A DNA stretch of 63,933 nucleotides from Thermodesulfovibrionales bacterium (GTDB lineage Bacteria > Nitrospirota > Thermodesulfovibrionia > Thermodesulfovibrionales > UBA6898): assembly GCA_046704045.1 (NCBI GenBank), contig JBJKSM010000109.1:1-63933 (forward strand). Direction: 5' to 3'. A model generated the notes under the pieces. The model was given only the letters and a program-made list of their open reading frames with translations, made no database searches and was not told the origin of the DNA. This document shows positions 1 through 8,130 of the stretch, in pieces (positions within the stretch are counted from its first letter, which is position 1; each line of letters opens with the position of its first letter). The translations under genes were made by a program, and so were the position numbers.

Positions 1-50
1 CCTCTTAATCCTGTTGAACTCAAACATTCCGATTCCTCCATCCTTAAGAA

Positions 51-135
51 GTGAAGCGTGAAACGTGACCGGTGAAAAAAGACGAAACAACTCATCACTG
101 CCCTTGCGGCCCACTTTTCACTGTTCACTACTTAC
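51..135. repeat. Heptad-periodic GTGAAnn array facing an nnTTCAC array (copy A of a dispersed element)
   Basis: GTGAAGC GTGAAAC GTGACCG GTGAAAA (51-78) faces TTTTCAC TGTTCAC TACTTAC (115-135). The second arm overlaps the lipA stop codon. Confidence 0.7.
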
Positions 136-976
136 GTGCCAGGTACATCTCCTCTGCGTTCATCGAACTTCTCACCAGGGGCGCAGAAGCGGCATATTTA
201 AAGCCCATCGAGAGTGCGACCAGCCTCAGTTCTTCGAACGCCTCCGGCGTCACATATTCTACCACAGGCAGATTGTTTCCGGTCGGTCGCAGATACTGGC
301 CTATCGTAATAAAATGACATCCCGCTTCCCTGAGATCACCAAGCACACCGATCACCTCGTCGCGCTTCTCGCCAAGCCCCAGCATAAGACCGGACTTAAC
401 GAAAATATCAGGGGCCATGCCGCAGGCCTTCCTCAGGATGGACAAAGAACGCTGATAATCCGCCCGGGGCCTGACAACCGGATACAGTCTTTCCACCGTC
501 TCGACATTATGGTTGTAGACATCGGGCCGGGCTTCGAGCACTATCCGGAGGGCTTCACTGTCGCCCTGGAAATCCGGTGTTAGAACTTCGACCTTCGCAC
601 CCGGGAGCGCCTTCCGCACCGCGCCGATTGTGGCGGCAAAGTGACCCGCTCCGCCGTCTGGCAGGTCATCTCTCGTCACCGAGGTAATAACAACGTATCC
701 GAGCCCCATCTCGGCGGCCGCCCCTGCGACACTTTCCGGTTCCGTTTCGTCGACAGGCCCCGGAACGCCGGGGCGCACCGAGCAGAAACCGCAGTTCCTC
801 GTGCAGCTCGACCCGAGTATCATGAAAGTAGCGGTGGGTTTCGAAAAACATTCCCCCCTGTTAGGGCACCTCGCCTCTTCGCAGACAGTAGAGATCCGGT
901 GCTTTCTCAGCAGATGTCTTGTGTCGTGCAGGTCTGCATGACGCGTCCTGATCCAGTCGGGAAGCCGCATAATCAT
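128..976 (-). CDS. lipA: Lipoyl synthase
   Basis: 282-aa ORF with the CPNRGEC auxiliary-cluster motif and the radical SAM motif CTRNCGFC. Length and overall pattern are typical of LipA. Confidence 0.95.
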   Translation of the reverse strand: MIMRLPDWIRTRHADLHDTRHLLRKHRISTVCEEARCPNRGECFSKPTATFMILGSSCTRNCGFCSVRPGVPGPVDETEPESVAGAAAEMGLGYVVITSVTRDDLPDGGAGHFAATIGAVRKALPGAKVEVLTPDFQGDSEALRIVLEARPDVYNHNVETVERLYPVVRPRADYQRSLSILRKACGMAPDIFVKSGLMLGLGEKRDEVIGVLGDLREAGCHFITIGQYLRPTGNNLPVVEYVTPEAFEELRLVALSMGFKYAASAPLVRSSMNAEEMYLARK

Positions 977-1022
977 TTAACCATAAAAGAATCAGTGAAC
1001 TTTGTCAAATGCGCATAAATTT

Positions 1023-1047
1023 AAAAAGCCCATCCTTTCGGATGGGC
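1023..1047 (-). terminator. Rho-independent terminator downstream of the csp gene
   Basis: On the minus strand GCCCATCC-gaaa-GGATGGGC is followed by TTTTT. Confidence 0.75.
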
Positions 1048-1077
1048 CGGGTATATAGATAAAGCCTGTTGTCCTGG

Positions 1078-1281
1078 TCAGATTTTTACGACATTTACCG
1101 CCTTCGGCCCCTTTGCCCCTTCCTCGACTTCGAACTGCACCCTCTGGCCCTCGGCAAGCGTTTTGAAGCCCTCGGCCATTATCGCGGTGTAATGAACGAA
1201 AATATCCGGACCGTTGTCCTGCTGGATAAAGCCAAACCCCTTCTTCTCGTTAAACCATTTGATAGTGCCTTCTGCCGACAT
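1078..1281 (-). CDS. Cold-shock protein, CspA family
   Basis: [20 protein letters not shown]...FVHYTAI carries the RNP1/RNP2-type motifs. The internal ATG at 1281 is preceded by GGAGGAG, so the longer track ORF (to 1353) is probably over-extended. Confidence 0.93.
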   Translation of the reverse strand: MSAEGTIKWFNEKKGFGFIQQDNGPDIFVHYTAIMAEGFKTLAEGQRVQFEVEEGAKGPKAVNVVKI

Positions 1282-1464
1282 GCCGCTTTCTCCTCCTTTT
1301 CCCCTTAAAGGGCTGTACGATTCCCCGCAAAACAGGTTAACATTATATAACACGAGGGTTTGACATTGTCAATAGCGGGTTTAGCCGGACAGGATGCCCG
1401 ATTAAAGTCCCCGGGCATAACGGATAAGGAGAGACAATCAGGCCGGACGGTTTGGAGACTGATA

Positions 1465-2238
1465 ATGCGTAATTGGATTATCACGGCGGTTTTCTTTTCG
1501 CTTTTACTCGGCCCTTCGGCGGTCCACTCCGCGCCTGCGACCGTCACGTCAAGAGACGGAGCGCAAATGGTGCTCGTGCCGGCAGGCGAATTCATCATGG
1601 GGCTCCCCGCCGGGGAGCCCGGCAGCGACCGCAACCCCCTCAGAAAGGTGTATCTCAAGGCATTTTACATAGACAAATTCGAAGTGACGAATGAGCTGTA
1701 CCACAAGTGCGTGGCGGCAGGCGGCTGCAAGGACCCTTCCCTCATAATCGATTATCCGCATACCTTCTTCGAAGCCGGGAAGAAATGGTACCGTATGGCG
1801 GCCATGGAAAACTACCCGGTAGTCGGGATTACATGGCGGCAGGCCGGGATCTACTGCGAATGGGCAGGGAAAAGGCTCCCCCTGGGGACGGAGTGGGAAA
1901 AGGCGGCGCGGGGGACGGACGGAAGGAAATATCCATGGGGAAATGAATGGGACGGGACAAAGGCGAACTGGGACGAAGGCGGAAAGACGGACGGATTCAA
2001 GAAACTCGCGCCGGTCGGGAGCTTCCCGAAAGGGGCGTCCCCTTACGGTGCGATGGACATGGCGGGAAATGTCAGGGAGTGGGTTGATGACGCGGTGGTA
2101 AGGGGCGGGTCGTGGTACAGCAACCCGGTGAGCCTGCGCTGTGCCGATCCTGGACATGGATATATCGTCGAGCGCGACGACGATATGGGCTTCAGATGCG
2201 CGATGGATGCGGAACCAGCCCCCGGTGCTGCGAAGTAG
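1465..2238 (+). CDS. Formylglycine-generating-enzyme (SUMF1/FGE-sulfatase) domain protein, secreted
   Basis: Signal-peptide-like start MRNWIITAVFFSLLLG. FGE-type motifs GITWRQA, RLPLGTEWEKAARG, NVREW and RGGSW are present. Start chosen at the internal ATG 1465. Confidence 0.85.
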   Translation: MRNWIITAVFFSLLLGPSAVHSAPATVTSRDGAQMVLVPAGEFIMGLPAGEPGSDRNPLRKVYLKAFYIDKFEVTNELYHKCVAAGGCKDPSLIIDYPHTFFEAGKKWYRMAAMENYPVVGITWRQAGIYCEWAGKRLPLGTEWEKAARGTDGRKYPWGNEWDGTKANWDEGGKTDGFKKLAPVGSFPKGASPYGAMDMAGNVREWVDDAVVRGGSWYSNPVSLRCADPGHGYIVERDDDMGFRCAMDAEPAPGAAK

Positions 2239-2464
2239 AAAATACAATCCCTGCATCAAAAGGGAAACATAACCCCTCCCGACCTCCAATAGGACGTATT
2301 GCATATTGCCATACGCCCCTACGGGGGACATAGCCCCTCCAACCTCCCCTTACCTTAAGGGGAGGAACAATGACACGCCTCTCATTGAGTGCAAAAGATT
2401 TGGAATGCCCCTTCCATATATTCTAAAATACGCCATGGGAATGGGCCGGTGTCAGGAGTAACTC

Positions 2465-2878
2465 ATGAAATGGACTGAAGACCTTTCAGTCGGTGTAGAA
2501 GAGATCGACGAGCAGCACAGGGAGCTGATCAGCAGGATAAACGACCTCGTCGATTCGGTACACCAGCACGTCTGCAAGTATAAGATAGGAGACGTGATCA
2601 AGTTCCTCGAAGAATACATCTTCGTCCACTTCGGCGACGAAGAGGGGCTCATGAAGAGATACGGCTATCCCGATTATCCGGCCCACAAGGCCCAGCACGA
2701 ATACTTCATAAGAGAGTTTGCGGACCTCAAAAAGGAGCTCGAAAAGCTCGAAGGCGGGAAAAAACGCGGCTCCTACGACCTCTCGGTCGAGACTAACCGC
2801 ATCGTCGTCGACTGGATCCTCGACCACATTGCCAAGGTGGACAAGAGACTCGGAGCGTATCTGCAGACGAAGATGTAG
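2465..2878 (+). CDS. Bacteriohemerythrin (hemerythrin-like metal-binding protein)
   Basis: W.E.LSVGV.EIDEQH start and the HF..EE and H...H motifs are typical of the bacterial hemerythrin domain. 137 aa. Confidence 0.9.
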   Translation: MKWTEDLSVGVEEIDEQHRELISRINDLVDSVHQHVCKYKIGDVIKFLEEYIFVHFGDEEGLMKRYGYPDYPAHKAQHEYFIREFADLKKELEKLEGGKKRGSYDLSVETNRIVVDWILDHIAKVDKRLGAYLQTKM

Positions 2879-2934
2879 CGTCGCATCGCTCGATCGGCTG
2901 TTGCCCAGGAGTTGTCCTATATTTTTTGCCGTCA

Positions 2935-3075
2935 TTCCCGTGCAGACGTGAATCCATTGACTGGATTCGGAGAAATGGGGATCGAAAACAGGGGTGAGAA
3001 CCTGACAGACCGCCTGTTGAATGACGCGATCCATGACGACGGGGATGCCCAGATTTCGGGTGCCTCCACTGTTTG
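2935..3075 (-). pseudogene. Relic of a group II intron-type reverse transcriptase ORF
   Basis: The minus-strand translation GGTRNLGIPVVMDRVIQQAVCQVLTPVFDPHFSESS matches the conserved RT domain 1-2 block (GG.R.LGIPTV.DR..QQA....L.PIFDP.FSE.S). The expected YGFRPGRS continues only after a frameshift (NGFTSARE, then stop). The fragment is truncated on both sides. Confidence 0.7.
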
Positions 3076-3143
3076 CGTCCGTATCGGATGCGGACTCGAT
3101 GTTTGTCCGCATCATCGATAAGCCGCGCAGGGGGAAATAGAAA

Positions 3144-3560
3144 ATGAAAAAACTGGTTATTGGAATATGTTTCGTTTTATTGTTGTCAGGTAATGTCTTA
3201 GCCGGCGAGGCCAGGGGCGTCCGGGTGGACGTATTGGCAAAAACAGGTTCGAGCTGGGAAGGAAATCGTCTGCCCGCCTACCCGAAGGGCACCCCGGAGG
3301 TCACAATCCTCAGGATCAAGATCCCGCCCGGAGTGCAATTGCCCCTGCATAAACATCCGGTGATAAATGCAGGGGTATTGCTGAGCGGAGAGCTCACCGT
3401 CGTCACCGAAGACAACAAGACACTGCATCTGAAAGCCGGCGACCCGATCGTCGAGGTCGTGAATAAATGGCATTACGGAAAGAACGAGGGCGATAAGCCC
3501 GCGGAACTCATAGTCTTCTATGCCGGGATTAAGAATGCGCCGATAACCATCCCGAAATGA
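3144..3560 (+). CDS. Cupin domain protein with signal peptide
   Basis: N-terminal signal MKKLVIGICFVLLLSGNVLA. Cupin motifs LHKHP....G.LLSGEL and H.G.N. 138 aa. Confidence 0.8.
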   Translation: MKKLVIGICFVLLLSGNVLAGEARGVRVDVLAKTGSSWEGNRLPAYPKGTPEVTILRIKIPPGVQLPLHKHPVINAGVLLSGELTVVTEDNKTLHLKAGDPIVEVVNKWHYGKNEGDKPAELIVFYAGIKNAPITIPK

Positions 3561-3594
3561 CAGATTCTTAACGTTGAGGGCTCATCTGCCCGCC

Positions 3595-5037
3595 CTACCC
3601 CTTCGTCCTCCCGAACACATCGCTCTTCGCCGCGATCCAGAAGAGGCTCCGAAGGCTTTTGAGCGCGACAACGAAATCATGGGGGGTACGCAGTTCGAGG
3701 AGCCTCTTCAGCATGAATGAAGGCCTTCCGTAAAACCGCCTGAAGGCGATCTGCCGCAATTTTAATATCTCGTCCCTCGTCATCGTGTGCGGGATGAATG
3801 CCGCCCCCTGGTAGGTATAATCGCTGAGGTCTTCCGATATCGTCCCGAACCTGTCGAGATTCTCGTAGAGATACGTCCCCGGGAACGGCGTTATCGCGTG
3901 GAAGTTGGCGATGTCGGGGTTCACGTCGACCGCGAAATCGATCGTCTGAAGCCCCTCCTCGAAGGTCTCGCCCGGGATGCCGAACATAAACGGAGTGCTC
4001 ACCCGAAGCCCCACTTCCTGCGCCGTCTTAACCGCCTTTCTGATCTGCTCCGGCGTCGTCCCTTTCCTGATGGTGTTGAGGTTCTTCTGAACCCCGCTTT
4101 CGGCGCCAAAGAGTATCGCCCAGCAGCCGGCGTCTTTGAAGGCATGAAGAAGCGGCCTGTCCACCTGGTTTACACAGGCAGAGGCAAACCAGGTGAAATC
4201 CAGACGCCTGGCCTTTATCTCCTTAGCGATCTGCATTGCCCTGTCGTAATCCGCCGCCAGCGTGTCATCGATGAACTTTATCTCCCGGTACCCCTGCCCG
4301 AGACAGTATTCTATCTCGCTCATGACGCTCTCCACACCGCGGTACCTGATCCCGCTTTTGCGCTCCCTGTCAATCTGGAAACAGTAGATGCACCTCCTGT
4401 TGCACCCTCTTGAGGTCATCAGGACCGCCACCGGCTTTCTCCGGTAGGTGGCAGGCGGCGGGATATATCGGCTCGCATCGCCAAGCAGTTCCCTCGCAGG
4501 AAAGGGAAGGGAATCGAGGTCGGTGATAAGCGGCCTCGGCGGATTCTTGATAATCCTGCCGCCTTCGCGGCAGACAACGCCCAAAACACCGTCAAGAGAC
4601 CTGCCCGCCTCGATACGTTCCAGCATTTCAAGGACCGTGAATTCCCCCTCCCCGGTCACCACCGCGTCGATGCAGTCTCCCGCGTCTTCGAGACAGCGCT
4701 CCTGCACGGCGACTGGATAGGGGCCGCCGGCGCAGATGAAGGTCTTTTCGCCGAGCATCCTCTTTAGATCGGCGGCGGTCTTTTTCGCCTTCTGCCATCC
4801 GAAGGTGGTCGAGTAGAGCCCGATGAAGCCCGGATCGAACTTCCGTATGCCGGCGAGGACCGCCTCGTGGGTCATGAACGCGCCGTTGAAGAACGCCACC
4901 TCGTGTCCCGCCCTCTGAAGGACGGCCGCGACATAGAGCGTGCCCAGCGGCTGCCAGTAATTGATCTGCGAGCTTGCGGTCTTCGAAGCAAATATTTCCT
5001 CCGGGACCCAGGATGGAATGACCAGTGCGCATCTCAT
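3595..5037 (-). CDS. B12-binding-domain radical SAM protein (class B)
   Basis: N-terminal Rossmann-like cobalamin-binding-type region followed by SRGCNRRCIYC (CxxxCxxC). 480 aa. Confidence 0.85.
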   Translation of the reverse strand: MRCALVIPSWVPEEIFASKTASSQINYWQPLGTLYVAAVLQRAGHEVAFFNGAFMTHEAVLAGIRKFDPGFIGLYSTTFGWQKAKKTAADLKRMLGEKTFICAGGPYPVAVQERCLEDAGDCIDAVVTGEGEFTVLEMLERIEAGRSLDGVLGVVCREGGRIIKNPPRPLITDLDSLPFPARELLGDASRYIPPPATYRRKPVAVLMTSRGCNRRCIYCFQIDRERKSGIRYRGVESVMSEIEYCLGQGYREIKFIDDTLAADYDRAMQIAKEIKARRLDFTWFASACVNQVDRPLLHAFKDAGCWAILFGAESGVQKNLNTIRKGTTPEQIRKAVKTAQEVGLRVSTPFMFGIPGETFEEGLQTIDFAVDVNPDIANFHAITPFPGTYLYENLDRFGTISEDLSDYTYQGAAFIPHTMTRDEILKLRQIAFRRFYGRPSFMLKRLLELRTPHDFVVALKSLRSLFWIAAKSDVFGRTKG

Positions 5038-5057
5038 ACCGGAAAGACCCGGGAATA

Positions 5058-5222
5058 GTGAACGGTTAACAGTGAACCGTAACCAGTAAACGGATAAAAA
5101 CGGGAAACAAAAAAATGCTCCTTCACGGCCTGCATATTTCCTCAGAGGACTCGGGGAACTCGGCTCCGTCCTTGTCTTCGGTCCGGTTGTTCACTGCTGA
5201 CTTCTCACTTCTTACTTCTTTT
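5058..5222. repeat. Heptad-periodic GTnAAnn array facing an nnTnAC array (copy B)
   Basis: GTGAACG GTTAACA GTGAACC GTAACCA GTAAACG (5058-5092) faces TGTTCAC TGCTGAC TTCTCAC TTCTTAC (5188-5215). It lies in the gap between the FAD oxidoreductase and the B12-rSAM gene. Confidence 0.7.
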
Positions 5223-5230
5223 TCCAGTAT

Positions 5231-6586
5231 CTACTCCGCCGTCCTGATGCCGGACTCGATGGCATGGTCCATGTTGTAGTACCTGAACATCCCGCTCCTT
5301 CCCGCGAGGTGAAGGTTCCCGAACCGGCCGAGATAGTCGTATATCCCGTCGCACGCCTCCTTGTACCCCACATCGAAAAGCGGATACGCTCCCGGAACCC
5401 GCACGACAGCGCCTCCGAGGACCTCGCGTTTCGAGATAAAGCCGAGGGCCTCCAGGTTTTCAGCGGTAAGGTCAATGAGCATGCCGTCATCGGTGTTCCA
5501 TATACGGTCGCCCCTGAAGCTGAAGTACTCTGTCACCACCGCCGTTTTTCCCTCGGGCGCCATTTCCTCACTCCAGTTCGCGGGCTCGTGAATGCGGCCG
5601 AAGGGAATGCGCTGCTCCGGTATGTAGATCCACGTAAGGTCGGTAACCCTCCTTCTGTCCACCATGACCGCAACGACCACAAGGTCCCGGAATCTGAGCC
5701 TCATCGCCGCTTCAAGAACGTCCGCCGGGGGAGAAGGGTTCAACATCCTTACGACATGAGGCAGCGGCAGGCTCGATACGAATTCCTCCCCGCGGACGAC
5801 ATTACGCTCTTCTCCGATTTTCACCTCAACGCTCCGTACCGTGAAGCCGGAACGGTTGATCCGCTCCACTGTCGCACCGGTAAAGACCTCGTTCCTCCTC
5901 TCTATCTCTTCCACCAGTCTGTCCGACATGCGGCCGATGCCCAGTCTGGGATAGGTGAAACTGTCGACAAGGGTCGGGACGTCCCGGCTGCCGGCGCGAA
6001 AGACCGCGTTCTTCACGGCCTTCGCAAGCGAAAGCCGCTGGATGCGCCGCTCCACCCATTCGGCGCTGATCCTGCTGCAGTCGAGTCCCCAGACCTTTTC
6101 GCTGTATTCCCTGAAGTAGATATCGAACATCGTGCGGCCGAAATTGCCGACCACCCAATCTTCGAGCGACACCGGTTCGGTCTTCCTCAGCAGGCCCCTC
6201 GCCTTTTCCCGGCCATAGTCGGCCAGTATCTTCGCCGTTGTCCCGATGCCGAGGCCGAAGACCGCGTTCAGGGGCCGGAGGGGATAATCGAAATACTTTC
6301 CCCGCATATGGATCTTGCTCGTGCGGCGGACCTTAATGAGCTCGCCGCCCATCAGTTTCTGCACAAAGGAATTGAGCTTCTCGTCCCTCGTGAAAAACCT
6401 GTGCCCGCCGAGGTCGAAGCGGAAGCCGTCTTTGACGATAGTCCTCGAAAGCCCTCCGACTTCAGCGTCTTTTTCGAACACCTTGATCTTCCGGCCTGCA
6501 CGGGTAAGGACGCACCCCGCAGCGAGTCCGGTGAGACCCCCGCCCAGGACGACTGTCAAACTGTTTTCTTCATTGGAGTTAAACAT
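5231..6586 (-). CDS. NAD(P)/FAD-dependent oxidoreductase (amine oxidase / desaturase-like fold)
   Basis: N-terminal dinucleotide-binding motif VVLGGGLTGLAAG....G..I.VFEK....GG. 451 aa. Confidence 0.8.
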   Translation of the reverse strand: MFNSNEENSLTVVLGGGLTGLAAGCVLTRAGRKIKVFEKDAEVGGLSRTIVKDGFRFDLGGHRFFTRDEKLNSFVQKLMGGELIKVRRTSKIHMRGKYFDYPLRPLNAVFGLGIGTTAKILADYGREKARGLLRKTEPVSLEDWVVGNFGRTMFDIYFREYSEKVWGLDCSRISAEWVERRIQRLSLAKAVKNAVFRAGSRDVPTLVDSFTYPRLGIGRMSDRLVEEIERRNEVFTGATVERINRSGFTVRSVEVKIGEERNVVRGEEFVSSLPLPHVVRMLNPSPPADVLEAAMRLRFRDLVVVAVMVDRRRVTDLTWIYIPEQRIPFGRIHEPANWSEEMAPEGKTAVVTEYFSFRGDRIWNTDDGMLIDLTAENLEALGFISKREVLGGAVVRVPGAYPLFDVGYKEACDGIYDYLGRFGNLHLAGRSGMFRYYNMDHAIESGIRTAE

Positions 6587-6620
6587 GGCATAAACCGCGG
6601 ACTACCGGAAAACCCTGCAG

Positions 6621-6848
6621 TCAGGCACAGCAGACGCTCCCCGTTACGCGTACGATGTAATACCCCTCTTTCTGCTCGACTGTCGTCAGGCAGCCCGACA
6701 TCGAGACAAAGGCCCTCAGTCTCTTCGTATCTCTTTCACCGGAAAGAAAGACCTCGATAGAGACCTCCCGCCCGCAATGGTCGGCAAGCAGATCTCTCAT
6801 TCGCATCAGCAGTTCCTTTGAATCGAGCGTTCTTGCGTCGACGGTCAT
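6621..6848 (-). CDS. Small TusA-fold-like protein lacking the CPxP cysteine, with C-terminal Cys-Cys-Ala
   Basis: 75 aa. By-eye alignment to TusA over LD....L........L......V.I...........F....G........EGYYIVRV. There is no active-site Cys in the usual position and the protein ends GSVCCA. It sits next to a YeeE-family gene. Confidence 0.4.
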   Translation of the reverse strand: MTVDARTLDSKELLMRMRDLLADHCGREVSIEVFLSGERDTKRLRAFVSMSGCLTTVEQKEGYYIVRVTGSVCCA

Positions 6849-6891
6849 ATTCTTAGTTTAAAATTCCGGACAGGGATTTTTCCAGAAGAAG

Positions 6892-6936
6892 GAAAAAAAC
6901 GGACCCGGAGGTGACTCCCGGCGTCACCTCCGGGTC
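6892..6936 (-). terminator. Rho-independent terminator after the YeeE-family gene
   Basis: 14-bp perfect stem GACCCGGAGGTGAC / GTCACCTCCGGGTC, followed on the minus strand by a T-run (GTTTTTTTCC). Confidence 0.85.
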
Positions 6937-6973
6937 AAGACATCATGCACGGTAACCGGCAATCTCTTCCGTC

Positions 6974-8044
6974 TTATTCGTTCATCGGCTTGATGAACCT
7001 GAAATAGACCATCGTCCAGTTGCCCAGGATGATCGCAACCGACGCCACTATACTGCCTACGGAAAGAGTCGTGAACCCCGTGAGGGCCTGTCCCACATTA
7101 CAGCCGCCCCCGCACACGGCGCCGAAACCCATCATGAGGCTTCCAAGGAGGACCGTGAGCAGTTCGCTGGCAGGCGCGACTTTCCAGCTGAATTCCTTAA
7201 GGATCTTCGCGCTGATCGCCGCCCCTACGGGGACCCCGACGATATAGAACTCGGCCCACGTCACCTTGAAGGCCCCCAGGTTATACATCGGAAAGTAAGC
7301 CGGTGCATGTGCGCTTCCGGTAAGAAGACTAAAGAAAAGCTCGCCCGTCGGCGTCGTGAAGTTCAGGCCCCTTGCAAACCCCGGAGAACCCCAGTGCTCC
7401 GAGGCCCAGAACGTGACAACACCCATGATGCCGATGAGGAGAGCCGTTACCGACCAGTAAAAACCCTTCTGCTTGCGGGGGGAAAAGGGCTTGCTCTTGA
7501 GAGTGAAAAGAAAAATGGCCGTGCAAAGGACCGCGATGACGACCCATTTAACCTCCAGGGTGCCGCCGAAAAGACCGTAGAGGGTCATCTGCGGCGGACC
7601 AACCTTGACGCTCCTGAGCATCTGGTTCACCGGTTTAAGAATGCCCTGGGACGTCATCCCGATGCCGAGGAAAAAGCCGAGCACCGCAAGCCAGGACGCC
7701 AGCTGTCCTTCGCCCACCCTGTAGATAATGCCGCTCCCGCACCCGCCGGCCAGAACGATGCCGAGGCCGAAGATGTAACCCCCGATGATGTTCGCGAATG
7801 GATAAAACGTCTGCGCCTGGAGATGGATGATGCCCATGTCGTTGAGTATGTTCGACCCTATGATCATGATGACCAGGGCGATCAGGTATGCGCGGAACAT
7901 CGTAAGGTCTTTTATGAATATGGTATCTCGGAATGCCGTATTCATACAAAACCGTCCGCGCTGGAGGATGAAGCCTATCAATCCTCCGATGATCAGACCT
8001 GAAACAATGAAACCCAGTGAGACTCCTTGTGCTGCACTTTCCAT
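6974..8044 (-). CDS. YeeE/YedE family sulfur-compound (thiosulfate-type) transporter
   Basis: Polytopic membrane protein with GRFCMNTAFRD, GGCGSG and GGGCNVGQ motifs. Start moved to the ATG at 8044, which follows GGGAGG. Confidence 0.85.
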   Translation of the reverse strand: MESAAQGVSLGFIVSGLIIGGLIGFILQRGRFCMNTAFRDTIFIKDLTMFRAYLIALVIMIIGSNILNDMGIIHLQAQTFYPFANIIGGYIFGLGIVLAGGCGSGIIYRVGEGQLASWLAVLGFFLGIGMTSQGILKPVNQMLRSVKVGPPQMTLYGLFGGTLEVKWVVIAVLCTAIFLFTLKSKPFSPRKQKGFYWSVTALLIGIMGVVTFWASEHWGSPGFARGLNFTTPTGELFFSLLTGSAHAPAYFPMYNLGAFKVTWAEFYIVGVPVGAAISAKILKEFSWKVAPASELLTVLLGSLMMGFGAVCGGGCNVGQALTGFTTLSVGSIVASVAIILGNWTMVYFRFIKPMNE

Positions 8045-8130
8045 GCCTGCCTCCCTCAGAAAAATTTGTATAAAATAACACAGAACCGCACCTTTGTCAA
8101 CGACGACAGACAGGCGTAAACCTCTAAAAA

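Noticed and set aside
2343-2365. CCTCCCCTTA / TAAGGGGAGG hairpin and the nearby CCCCTCC.ACCTCC direct repeats as a terminator or regulatory element.
   Set aside because: The hairpin is real but has no U-tract and lies about 105 nt past the FGE-domain gene stop. There are too few copies in the window to call it a repeat family, so it is left unannotated.
5264-6760. Long plus-strand ORF (498 aa) antisense to the FAD oxidoreductase. Similar long antisense ORFs lie at 19372-21102, 58458-60296, 45910-47223, 10330-11442, 12657-13706 and 28016-29074.
   Set aside because: Their translations are Arg/Pro/Gly/His-rich and low-complexity, with no recognisable motifs. Each lies exactly opposite a gene with strong family signatures. 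These are typical shadow ORFs of GC-rich DNA.
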